A stretch of 64,000 nucleotides of DNA from Octopus vulgaris (Eukaryota), in NCBI GenBank assembly GCA_951406725.2, contig OX597821.1, positions 99,696,001-99,760,000 of the forward strand, written 5' to 3'. Made by a program: the position numbers and the translations under genes. The notes beneath the pieces were generated by a model. It searched no databases and was not told where the DNA came from. It saw only the letters and a program-made list of their open reading frames with translations. Shown here piece by piece: positions 1 through 12,537 of this stretch. Each line of letters begins with the position of its first letter. Position 1 is the stretch's first letter.

Positions 1-227
1 ATACATTTTATAAGGGGTTGCTGAAAATTCTGGTCTTTAAAGGTATTGTGAAAGGTCTAGCCGAAAGCCCAACCTTCCAAGTTCTTCTACAGAGCTTAGA
101 ATTACATAAAGACCATTGTACTAAGTGCGTGAATCTGAAAGGGGGAATATATGAAATAAAATCATCATTAACTGAACCTTTTTTTTTTTTACCCAAAGCC
201 AGGAACTTTTCAGCACTCCTCATGTGA

Positions 228-259
<32 letters not shown>

Positions 260-554
260 GATTTCACTGAGGCATAGCGATGCTAATAACCAATTGTTAG
301 AACTCAATATACTTATGTTTTAGAGTAAAGCAATGGGTGAGTCCAGAGCATAATATTAGTTAATGAATGACAAAAGGACAAGTTATATAATCACTTTTAG
401 CTTAGTGCTGTTTCTGCTTATTTTACTTGGCTCTGAGGAAACTATAGACTGTTACACAACCATTCAACTCAGAGTGCACTGTTTCTTATTGTAGAAACAG
501 GTGTAAGCTAATTTAAGTAATTATATAACTTCTGTTCATTTTGGTAGTCATTTT

Positions 555-1040
555 ACACATATCTAACTAAGATTGGTTTTGAACATTATTGGCCCAGAGA
601 ATGACTAACTTAATAGCACCTCTTGGAGAGGTCCTTTAAATCATGTTTTGGGACACCATGGACCACTTGAGCAAAAAGTTGTTGTTAACTGAGATGTATC
701 CCAGTGTTGCTGATTTGTCTAGTACTTCTTGGAGGAATCTGCCCAGATACTGTTTGAATGTTGTGGGGTCATCTCCTATTTTAATATTTTTTTGGGATGG
801 CATTGAATAAAACAGGATCATTTGAAGTAAAAAAAAGTTGTAATGCAAGATTCCTACATAATGCAAACTCTACTTTTGTCGGGGACACATGGCATGGAGG
901 CCTAGCCTTGGGTGACTCATAAACTCAATACTGACATCGTTTGGATAATATTTGGGAATATTTCCCACATTGTACAAATAATATAGCACCCATCGTGGCA
1001 CTGGAGAGACTAGAGTTTCAACCTTTTGATCTCTTAAGAC
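555..1040 (-). mobile_element. Old degenerate 3' fragment of the same LINE family as 8408-11530 (ends approximate)
   Basis: Minus ORF 636-866 FKQYLGRFLQEVLDKSATLGYISVNNNFLLKW aligns by eye with FKQ/SLDRFLQRIPDKPPIIGYNSPNKNSLLEQ of the large LINE; both share the 3'UTR motif GGTGCTATTAAGTTAG. Confidence 0.75.
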
Positions 1041-1092
1041 AAGTTATAAATAATGGTCATTACATATTTTTCATTCATAAAGGAAAAATATA

Positions 1093-1497
1093 TTCTCTTT
1101 TACTCTTTTACTGGTTTCAGTCATTTGACTGCGGCCATGCTGGAGCACCGCCTTTAGTCGAGCAAATTGACCCCAGGACTTATTCTTTGCAAGCCCAGTA
1201 CTTATTCTATCGGTCTCTTTTGCCGAACCGCTAAGTTATGAGGACGTAAACACACCAGCATCGGTTGTCAAGCAATGCTAGGGGGACAAACACAGAGACA
1301 CAAACATACACACACACACATATATATATATACGACGGGCTTCTTTCAGTTTCCGTCTACCAAATCTACTCACAAGGCATTGGTTGGCCCGAGGCTATAG
1401 TAGAAGACACTTGCCCAAGGTGCCACGCAGTGGGACTGAACCCGGAACCATGTGGCTGGTAAGCAAGGTACTTACCACACAGCCACTCCTGCGCCTA
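1093..1497 (-). mobile_element. Full-length tRNA-headed SINE (family A; CORE-like ACCTTGGGCAAGT centre, internal microsatellite, LINE-type tail)
   Basis: Minus strand: A-box-like TGGCTGTGTGG, B-box-like GGGTTCAGTCCC, tail GGCGGTGCTCCAGCATGGCCGCAGTCAAATGACTGAAAC plus short repeats; many related copies in the window. Confidence 0.85.
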
Positions 1498-1590
1498 TAT
1501 ATTGACCATCATTTATAACTTGTCTTATATATCTCTCTGTGTAAAAACCAATTTGTCTGGAGCCCAAGAATACTTGGAGTTCTTCACTGA

Positions 1591-1817
1591 GACCCCCTTC
1601 GGTCAGACACTGACCATGGGCTTGCACCTAGAAAGTTACTCTCTGAGGCACAAGTCTGGGCAAGGTTGTTTATGGAAGACCAGCAGTCGCTCATGCATAC
1701 CAGCATGGAGGAATGTGAAATAAAGTATCTTGCTTAAGAACACAACATGCAGTCCGGTCTGGGATTCGAACTCACAACCTCACGATTGTAAGCTCGACAC
1801 TCTAACCACTGAGCCAT
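1591..1817 (-). mobile_element. SINE family B, internally deleted copy
   Basis: Minus head TGGCTCAGTGGTTAGAG...GAGTTCGAATCCC; tail shared with 15425-15760. Confidence 0.8.
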
Positions 1818-2607
1818 ACAATATTGTTAGCCTGGTGTGCCAATAGAGTTTATGAAGTATTTTGCCCAGATTGATAATCCTTCACTATTAGCTATATATA
1901 TATAGCTAATAGTAAAGGATTATCAATCTAGGAAAATACTATATATATATTTCGTATTTGGAAAATTACTCTCCCCAGACACAACACTATATATATATAT
2001 ATATATATATATATGACAACAGCCAATATAAATGTGATTGATCTCTGCAGTACTTACATACATATATGTTTGTATGTATGCATGTGGCTAAATGCCATTG
2101 CTGTTAAAAACCTCTTTGAGTTGCTTCTTACATTAGAGATGACTGAAAGGGTTGCCAACAGGGAAGGCATCCAGCTTTAAAACACTGTCTGAGAAAAGGT
2201 ATCATAAAGCATATGACTGACAGAGGAGAAGTCTGTTATAGTTGACCCACATAATCTACTTCCTGCTGTCGGAGACAGAATATTCTTAAAATGATTTTGC
2301 TGTTTGTATCTGTGTGTCTGTGTGTATTTATAGGCATATGTATATATGTATGTTTATACATACATATTGTTTATTCTATATGTATTGTGTGTGTGTGTCT
2401 CTCTATATATAATTATAGACAATGTAAATGTTGGTTGATTTTTCCAGTCACACTATAGACATAGGAAAGGAGAGAGAGAGAGATACACAGAGTTAACATA
2501 AGAGATGCTGAGAAAGTGAATACTATGCACACACACACAATGAAAGAATCATAGAGACAGAGATGGTAGGTGTTTGTGTATACACACACACACATATATA
2601 TATATAC

Positions 2608-2662
<55 letters not shown>

Positions 2663-2665
<3 letters not shown>

Positions 2666-2890
2666 CTTTACTGTCCACAAGGGGCTAAACATAGAGGGGA
2701 CAAACAAGGACAGACAAATGGATTAAGTTGATTACATAGATCCCAGTGTGAAACTGGTACTTTATTTATTGACCCTGAAAGGATGAAAGGCAAAGTCGAC
2801 CTCTGCAGAATTTGAACTCAGAATGTAACGACAGCCGAAATACCGCTAAGCATTTCGCCTGGCGCACTAACCTTTCTGCCAGCTCGCCTT
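2663..2890 (-). mobile_element. tRNA-derived SINE (family M, Meta-like central domain), left copy of an inverted pair
   Basis: Reverse complement of 2903-3130; flanked by (TA)n on both sides. Confidence 0.85.
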
Positions 2891-2902
2891 ATATATATAT
2901 AT

Positions 2903-3127
2903 AGAGCGAGCTGGTAGAAACGTTAGCACGCTGGGCAAAATTCGTAGCAGTATTTCGTCTGTCGCTACGTTCCGAGTTCAAATTCCGCTGAGGTCGACTT
3001 TGCCTTTCATCCTTTCGGGGTCGGTAAATTAAGTACCAGTTACGCACTGGGGTCGATGTAATCGACTGAATCCCTTTGTCTGTCCTTGTTTGTCCCCTCT
3101 ATGTTTAGCCCCTTGTAGGTAGTAAAG

Positions 3128-3130
<3 letters not shown>
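2903..3130 (+). mobile_element. tRNA-derived SINE (family M), right copy of an inverted pair
   Basis: GCGAGCTGGTAGAAACG...GAGTTCAAATTCC B-box, central GCCTTTCATCCTTTCGGGGTCGGTAAATTAAGTACCAG; older copies at ~36120-36770, 38220-38540, 39040-39240, 43530-43760, 57320-57510. Confidence 0.85.
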
Positions 3131-3197
<67 letters not shown>

Positions 3198-3750
3198 GAG
3201 AGAGAGAAGACTGGTGATGCAAGCAGGAAAAATAGAGCTCACAGCATGAGTATATATATCTTTTATTAATAATCAGAAGTTACAGAGTGACTCAAGAATT
3301 TAGAGTTTTGTAACTCTCAGCCCTTAAGTCACTCTGTAACTTCTGTTGATTAATGATAACAATAATAATATATATGTATATATAAGGTAGTTGGTGTTAG
3401 GAAGGGCATCCAGATGTAAAAACTGCCGAAACAGTCACAGAAGTCTGGTGCAGTCTTCTGCCTCGCCAGCTCCTATCAAACCATCAAGTCCATGATGATG
3501 GGAGAAGGGAGAAAAGGTTGAAATAAGTGTATGACCTTTCTTAAGCACAGAATGATTTTGTTGTCAATTTTTTCTTAATTTTGAATATTGTTTTTAATTT
3601 TAAGGTAACGAGTATTTTTCTGTTGTAAATTAGTATTCACTTCATCATTTTGTATAATAATCAGGAAATGTGAACAAAGTTAAATTATGATTATTGTATT
3701 TATACCACATTTCCTAACTTTAACCATGGTAGCAAAAGTATACTTCTAAA

Positions 3751-3828
<78 letters not shown>

Positions 3829-5562
3829 TGTGTGTGTATATTGTGTAGCTAGTTAGAGTAAATCGAAACTGTTTCCCCAAGAAGCATATCTGCTTATTCC
3901 ATTATTACAATCCAACATGTAGTCTCAGTTGCTGCTGTATGCTAGTCAAAACACATATCAAAATTGAGAATTATGGAAATATTATTTACAGAGTTATTGT
4001 ATAGCAAAACAGGAAATTGGAAATTATTTGGTTTTATTTATTCACCATTACACGTGTTTTATTTGCTAATAGGAATTACAAATGCTACATGTTAAATAGG
4101 CAGGCAAGGAATTCCCTATTGTGTGTGTGTGTGGATGTATCTCTAGATGTGTTTATGGATATGTATGATGAATGTATGGAACTCGATTGAGGAAAGAAAA
4201 CTCCAAATGACCCGTCCTTGTTTTCTTTGTATCGTCTATCTGAATGTTTTGTTGTCCCTAACTATCTGGATGTTTTGCATTCTTGTCCCATTTTGTATTT
4301 ATATATATATATATATATACACACACACGCATGCCTGTATGCATTTATATATTTGCTTATATACATGTGTGTGTTTGCATGCATCCTCCTCATTGTTTTA
4401 ATGCCCAGTTTTTCATACTGGCGTGGATCAGACAAAACTTATTAAATCAGATTTGCTACAGTTGCATGCTCTTTCTGTTGCTAACCTTCATCAGTGTCCA
4501 TGTAAGGCAATATTTCTTTAGCCCTTCATACTATGAACAGTTCAGTGACTGGAAATATGTCATTGCAGATTGCAAACTGTTTGTAGGGACGGTGGTCTTG
4601 GTGTTACACGTCAAGCAAACAACATCTAGAAAAGAAAACACAAATACGCTAACAATACCTACACACTCATACATGCATGTATATGTGCTCTCCCCATGTC
4701 TCTTTTTCCTTTCTTTTCTTCTGATGAAGGGCTAACATCCTGAATGTTAAGTTTCTCTTTCTCCATTAACCATTAGCATTCAGATTACTCTGCTTATTTC
4801 CTAACAATGAAAAAAACTTGTGTAGTTCAGTGGTCCATATATATACATACATATGTGTATGTATATATGTGCATATATATATATATACATGTATATGTAT
4901 ACAAGAAAAGAAATTATTTATCCACCAATGTGGTGTTGAGCACTCGTTCCAATTTTCTACTTTTACTACCCGTGACCCTTTGGATTACCAGGAAAACCTG
5001 AGTTTCTCAGCAATGGAGTTTTGTTTTGTGGGTGATTTATCTTTTTCTTTCCCATGTTATTTTGCATGCTTTCAATGATTGTGACATTGACATCATACGT
5101 TGATGGATCCTTTCTCCAGAAAAGGAGATTTGGCTGCTATTTCTTGCATGCCCTGCTACCACATAAAAATTATTTCGGGTCCTTTATTGCAAACAGCTGT
5201 TACGTGGTTGCAGGCCATTCTAGAAATAGTAACCAAATCTTCAGAGGTGAGATACATTCAATTGACTTAAAAAAAAAAAACCTGTGGAAAAAAATTTTTT
5301 CACATTGAGTTTACAAATGGGTCTTTTATGACATATTTACTGTATTTTTAATGTCATATTCACTTTAAAACATTTTTTAAATATGGCAAAAAAAATTATT
5401 GTAATGGTATTCAATTGAAAATAATTAACCAAAACATTAAAATATTGTCTGCTAAATAAATATAAATATTTATTGTACAAACAACTTACATTTTTGAAAT
5501 AATGTTCACTTCAAAATATTTCTAAATGGTTGAAATATTGTAATTAGCAAAGCGAAAATATC

Positions 5563-5693
5563 ATATATGTATATTTATATACGTGTGTGTGTATGTATAT
5601 ATATATGCATATATGTATGTATATTTATATATGCATATATGTATGTATATTTATATATGCATATATGTATGTATATTTATATATGCATATATG

Positions 5694-5746
<53 letters not shown>

Positions 5747-5928
5747 TTATATATGCATATATGTATGTATATTTATATATGCATATATGTATTTATGTAT
5801 TTATATATATATGTATATTTATATATGCATATATGTATTTATATATATATATGTATGTATATTTATATATGCATATATGTATTTATATATATATATGTAT
5901 GTATATTTATATATGCATATATGTATTT

Positions 5929-5961
<33 letters not shown>

Positions 5962-6246
5962 ATATATATATATATGTATGTATATTTATATATGCATATA
6001 TGTATGTGTATATATATATGTATGTATATTTATATATGTATATATATATGTATGTATATTTATATATATGCATATATGTATGTGTATATATATATGTATG
6101 TATATTTATATATGTATATATATATGTATGTATATTTATTATATATGCATATATGTATGTATATTTATATATGTATATATATATGTATGTATATTTTATA
6201 TATATGCATATATGTATATATATATATATATGTATGTATATTTATA

Positions 6247-6285
<39 letters not shown>

Positions 6286-6306
6286 ATTTATATATATGCA
6301 TATATG

Positions 6307-6337
<31 letters not shown>

Positions 6338-6400
6338 ATTTATATATATGCATATATGTATATATATATATATATATGTATGTATATTTATATATATGCA

Positions 6401-6443
<43 letters not shown>

Positions 6444-6512
6444 ATTTATATATATGCATATATGTATATATATATATATATATATGTATGTATATATATA
6501 TATATATGTATG

Positions 6513-6543
<31 letters not shown>

Positions 6544-6841
6544 GTATGTATATTTATATATATGTATATATATATATATGTATGTATATTTATATATATG
6601 CATATATGTATATATATATATATATGTATGTATATTTATATATATGCATTTATGTATATATATATATATATGTATGTATATTTATATATATGCATTTATG
6701 TATATATATATATATATTATATATGTATGTATATTTATATATATGCATATATGTATATATATATATATATGTATGTATATTTATATAAATGCATATATGT
6801 ATATATATATATATATATGTATGTATATTTATATATATGCA

Positions 6842-6880
<39 letters not shown>

Positions 6881-6976
6881 ATTTATATATATGCATATAT
6901 ATATATATATATATATGTATGTATATTTATATATATGCATATATGTATATATATGTATGTATATTTATATATATGC

Positions 6977-7008
<32 letters not shown>

Positions 7009-7097
7009 ATTTATATATATGCATATATGTATATATATATATATATGTATGTATATTTATATATATGCATATATGTATATATATATATATGCATATA

Positions 7098-7133
<36 letters not shown>

Positions 7134-7179
7134 TATTTATATATATGCATATATGTATATATATATATATATATATGCA

Positions 7180-7220
<41 letters not shown>

Positions 7221-7263
7221 ATTTATATATATGCATATATGTATATATATATATATGCATATA

Positions 7264-7299
<36 letters not shown>

Positions 7300-7347
7300 T
7301 ATTTATATATATGCATATATGTATATATATATATATATATGCATATA

Positions 7348-7383
<36 letters not shown>

Positions 7384-7427
7384 TATTTATATATATGCAT
7401 ATATGTATATATATATATATGCATATA

Positions 7428-7463
<36 letters not shown>

Positions 7464-7513
7464 TATTTATATATATGCATATATGTATATATATATATAT
7501 ATGCATATATGTA

Positions 7514-7547
<34 letters not shown>

Positions 7548-7619
7548 TATTTATATATATGCATATATGTATATATATATATATGCATATATGTATATAT
7601 ATATATATATGCATATATG

Positions 7620-7651
<32 letters not shown>

Positions 7652-8102
7652 TATTTATATATGTATATATGTATGTATATTTATATATGCATATATGTAT
7701 GTGTATGTATATATATATATATGTATGTATGTGTATGTATATATATATATATGTATATATGTATGTATGTGTATGTATATATATATATATGTATATATGT
7801 GTTTGTATATATGAGTATGTATATATATATATATGTATATATATGCTTATATATATGTGTGTGTATATATATATATATATATATGTACACATATATATAT
7901 GTATATGTTTGTATATATATTTATATATAATGTTTGTATATATATATATATATGTTTATATATATATATATGTCTGTATATATGTTTATATATATATTTG
8001 TATATATATGTTTATATATATATATATATATATGTATGTATATATATATATACACATATATATATATGTGTTTATATATACACATATATATGTATGTTTA
8101 TG

Positions 8103-8136
<34 letters not shown>

Positions 8137-8251
8137 ATGTATATATTTTTACGTATGTTTATGTATGTATGTATGTATATATATACATATTTATATGTAT
8201 GTATGTATATATATATATATATTTTTTTTTTATATGTATATATATATATTT

Positions 8252-8282
<31 letters not shown>

Positions 8283-8362
8283 GTGTATATATATATATAT
8301 ATATATGTGTATATATATATATATATGTATGTATGTATATATATATATATATATATATATTT

Positions 8363-8401
<39 letters not shown>

Positions 8402-8407
8402 TTTATA
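5563..8407. repeat. ~2.8 kb compound (TA)n micro/minisatellite
   Basis: Recurrent unit ATGCATATATGT(AT)nGTATGTATATTTAT(AT)n; source of the spurious long YI-rich ORFs. Confidence 0.97.
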
Positions 8408-11400
8408 CCTAGAAAATATGAAGGCCGACCTAAGCCAGGAGATCCAGCGAGCTATCACCAACCATCTATGCAAATCACACACTCACCCATTACCAACTTC
8501 CCTTACCTCGACATTCCTGTTAAATGTACGTGGCATCAACCCATCAATTATTGCCCAAAAATGGAAGATCCCATATATAGAGAGTTGGCTTGCCGAAATG
8601 GCACATTGCTTCCCTTTCTTTATCCTTACTGAGACTCACCTGAACAACACCCATATGGACGCAGAGGTGAAAATAAAAGATTTCACCATTGTTCGTGCGG
8701 ATCGCACAGACCGAAATAAGGGAGGGACAGCCATCTTTATCCATGACTCCTTTTCACTTGATGCCAAGGACATATTTTCCAATGGCTACTGTGAATCGGT
8801 ATCACTATACAACAAAGCCAAGGACATAACCATTGTTGGTCTTTACAGGCCTCCCCAGGCACCTCTAAAGTACTTTGAAGAGTGCCTTAGCAAAGTCAAG
8901 TCCTTCCTTCGGAAGTACCACTCCGGAAACATACTAGTGATGGGTGATTTTAACCTCCCTCATGTGAACTGGCCCACAAATACTCTGAAGTTAGGCAAGT
9001 GCTCTACATCAGATAGAGCAGCAGCAGAACTGCTCTTTAATCTGATGGATGAGTATTTCCTGACTCAGCTAGTGCTTGAACCAACGAGACAGAATAAAAC
9101 GATCTTGGATCTGGTATTGACCAATCACTCTAGCTACGTTCACAGTATTTCAGTCGAAAAAAACTCTCCTCTCAGACCATGACATGGTACTCTGCAATCT
9201 TAATTCCCGACATATAAAAACCAAACCAGCCAAACCCACTCCATGGCACCCATTTGACAACATAAACTTCCACAAAGCGGACTGGGGAACAATCAGAAAG
9301 GATCTGTCTTCCATCGACTGGTCTTTTACTCTCAATTCCTCTCATATTGAGACCGCGTGGCAGCACTTTGAAAACATTGTCACCTATACATGCTCTAAAC
9401 ACGCTCCCAAGAAATCTACTAACACAAACAGAAACCGGCTCCCTAAAAAAAAAAAAAACACTCATCAGGCGCATCAAAAGACTCAACAAAAAAATCAACC
9501 AATTAAAATATTCCCACACACAACATCCACATTCAACAACAATGAAAAGACTAGAGCTGGAAAAACTTCATCTGCAGACCAACATGAAAACCTCCATTGA
9601 AAATCAAAGAGCTGTGGAGGAACAATGGGTAATCAAAAACATCAAACAGAACCCAAAAGTGTTCTATTCTTATGCAAATAAGCATAGAACCACTGTCTCA
9701 CCTATTGGGCCATTGATTGATGAAAACGGCATTCCCCAACACGATGCTAAAGAAATGGCAGAAATACTGCAGAAACAATACTGCTCTGTCTTTAGTGTTC
9801 CCACTGATGTTGACGTAAGGGAAACGAACGAAGTTGACTCCCAACACAAAATCTCAGACATAACCTTCACTGCCACTGACATCGTAGCAGCAATAAATGA
9901 GGTCAAATATTACTCTGCTGTAGGCCCTGATAGATTTCCCGCTAGTCTCCTGAAGGAATGTAGATACCAACTTGCAGTCCCTCTGACCAACCTCTGGAGA
10001 AATTCGTTAGACGCAGGTTATATACCGAAACAGTTTCTATCCCAGTCGGTCATCCCGGTTTTCAAACAGGGAAACAGATCCCTCGCAGTCAACTATCGCC
10101 CAATCTCACTCACCTCCCACATCATTAAAGTGTTTGAAAGAGTGTTAAGATCAAGGATAGCTGACTTCCTGGAGACCCACAAACTCCTAAATGCAAATCA
10201 GCATGGCTTTCGCTGTGGCAGGGACTGTCTAACACAGCTCTTACACCACATTGAAGATGTACTCAAAGCCTTGGGAACAGGTTCGAACTCTGACGTCATA
10301 TATCTTGACTTCAGTAAAGCGTTCGACAGGGTAGACCATAACATCCTACTCTCAAAATTGGCAAATGTTGGAATCCGTGGAAAAGTTCTACACTGGATTA
10401 AGTATTTCCTGGCGAATAGAACACAACATGTTGTAGTTGATGGAGTCCACTCAAACCCAGCAAAAGTCACCAGCGGTGTTCCCCAGGGAACTGTTTTGGG
10501 TCCGCTACTCTTCATAATTTACGTAAACAACCTTTCCAGTGTCGTCCATTACTGCAAAGTGAAAATATTTGCTGATGACACTAAGCTCCAGCAAATCGTC
10601 AATGAAGAAGCAGACTGAACTCAACTCCAGTCTGATCTATATGCTGTGAGTCAATGGGCAGACAGAAACAAAATGCAACTGAATGAGGGAAAATTTGAGC
10701 TGATGCATTTTGGAAGAAATTCCTCACTAAAACAACCATACTCTCTTCCTTCAGGGGAACCGCTCACAGCCTCTAACAATATCAGAGACCTGTGTGTAAT
10801 TGTTGATGACGATCTCAGTTGGAGTGCACACATCAACAAGAAGGTCGATATAGCTCGTAGGATGAGTTCCTGGATCTTAAGAACTTTCCGGTCCAGAGAA
10901 CAAAGTGTCATCATACCACTTTTTTCCTCCTTTGTATTGCCACACCTTGAATACTGCTGCCCACTGTGGTCTCCTCACACAAGACAAAACATCTCCAGAA
11001 TTGAGTCACCCCAGAGGGCACTCACTAAACAAATTGAAGGCATGGCTGCTCTCGATTATTGGGATCGCCTTAAAGCCTTGAAACTTTACTCCCTCCAGCG
11101 TCGCCGTGAGCGGTACATCATTTGTACGATGTGGAAAATATACTGCCAACTTTGCCCAAACGACCTAAACATTAGCTTCAAGGTTCATCCAAGACTTGGA
11201 CCACGGGCTATACGTCCCCTGCCCTATTCAAGATCACAACATACATGTACACTGCAACATAATTTCTTTTCCTCAACAGGCCCTGCCCTATTTAACATTG
11301 TCCCGTGGGAGATCAAAGAGGAAAAGGATCCCATCAACTTTAAACAGTCTGGATAGATTCCTTCAAAGAATACCAGATAAGCCACCCATAATTGGATACA

Positions 11401-11530
11401 ACTCACCCAACAAGAACTCACTACTTGAACAAAACTTGACTTAAACAGGATTCGAATAATCCTATCAGGTGGTGCTATTAAGTTAGACATGGCCTGGACC
11501 AATCTTTGGTCGAAACATATCTAAGTTTAT
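8408..11530 (+). mobile_element. 5'-truncated non-LTR retrotransposon (CR1/L2-group LINE), APE endonuclease plus reverse transcriptase, disrupted
   Basis: EN motifs LNVRG, LTETHL, YRPP, GDFNLP, LDLVLTN, SDH; RT motifs NYRPISLTS, QHGFR, YLDFSKAFDRVDH, GVPQGTVLGPLLF, FADDTK; C-terminal YSLQRRRERY. Frameshifts near 9160 and 9450 (A-runs) and 11345, stop at 10616-10618; ends in (CTAAGTTTAT)2. Confidence 0.95.
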
Positions 11531-11913
11531 CTAAGTTTATATGTATTTATATATATATATATATGTATGTATGTATATATATGCATTTATATATATATAT
11601 ATGTATGTATATATATGCATTTATATATATATGTATGTATATATGCATATGTGTATATATATATATATATTATGTATGCATGTATATATATGTATGTATA
11701 TATGTATGCATGTATATATATGTATGTATATATGTATGCATATGTATATATATGTTTGTATATATACATACATGTATATATATATAGATATACATGTATA
11801 TATATATACATACATGTATGTGTATATATATACATGTATATATATATATGTATATGTGTATATATATACATGTATATATATATACATACATGTATGTGTG
11901 TATATATATATAT

Positions 11914-11958
<45 letters not shown>

Positions 11959-11988
11959 CATGTATGTATATATGTGTATGTGTATATA

Positions 11989-12019
<31 letters not shown>

Positions 12020-12028
12020 GTATATTTG
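11531..12028. repeat. TA-rich compound microsatellite (continuation of the array interrupted by the LINE)
   Basis: Same ATGCAT/GTATGT-punctuated (TA)n units as 5563-8407. Confidence 0.95.
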
Positions 12029-12472
12029 TATAGTTGTAAATCTAGTTGAGTTAACGGTTCCTCATGAAGATAATATGGATGCCGCTTGGGCTCAAAAGAT
12101 TGAGTGTTATGTAAACCTAGAGGAATGTGAAGACGCAGGCTGGAAAGCAGAGCATTTTCCAATTGAAGTCGGATGTAGAGGGTTTGTTGGACACGGTGTG
12201 AGACGACAGTGGGGAAGGCTAGCCACTGGATTTGGTTAAAAAGGGATGATGAGCGATGTCTAGAAGAATATTGAGCTTTATTTGATAACCAGCTGATCTA
12301 GCAAGCGGGGTCTCACATCAGTGAGAAGGGCTGGTGCACACTGATGCTGTCGAGAGGTAGGCCCCGAAACAGCGCGCATTCTCTCCTGATGATCCCATAC
12401 ACTTGCTGGCTTCCGGTATGCAGAGTTTTTGACTGGTAGCACTTGTATGTTCAAGTTGTTTGCAAGAGATCA
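12029..12472 (+). mobile_element. 3' fragment of an RLE-type non-LTR retrotransposon (Hero-like)
   Basis: Translates [25 protein letters not shown]...[19 protein letters not shown], the ELTVP..K..Y..GW..IEVGCRG signature of the restriction-like endonuclease domain; bounded by (TA)n. Confidence 0.75.
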
Positions 12473-12537
12473 TATATATATATATATGTATCTATATATA
12501 TGTGGTTGTATGTATATATATATATGTAGGTATGTAT

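Noticed and set aside
5567-8412. Very long ORFs (787, 941, 401 aa etc.) rich in Y/I/M/C/V
   Set aside because: Stop-free translation of (TA)n-based satellite in all frames; no domain content. Only the part of ORF 7833-9182 after ~8408 is real (LINE endonuclease).
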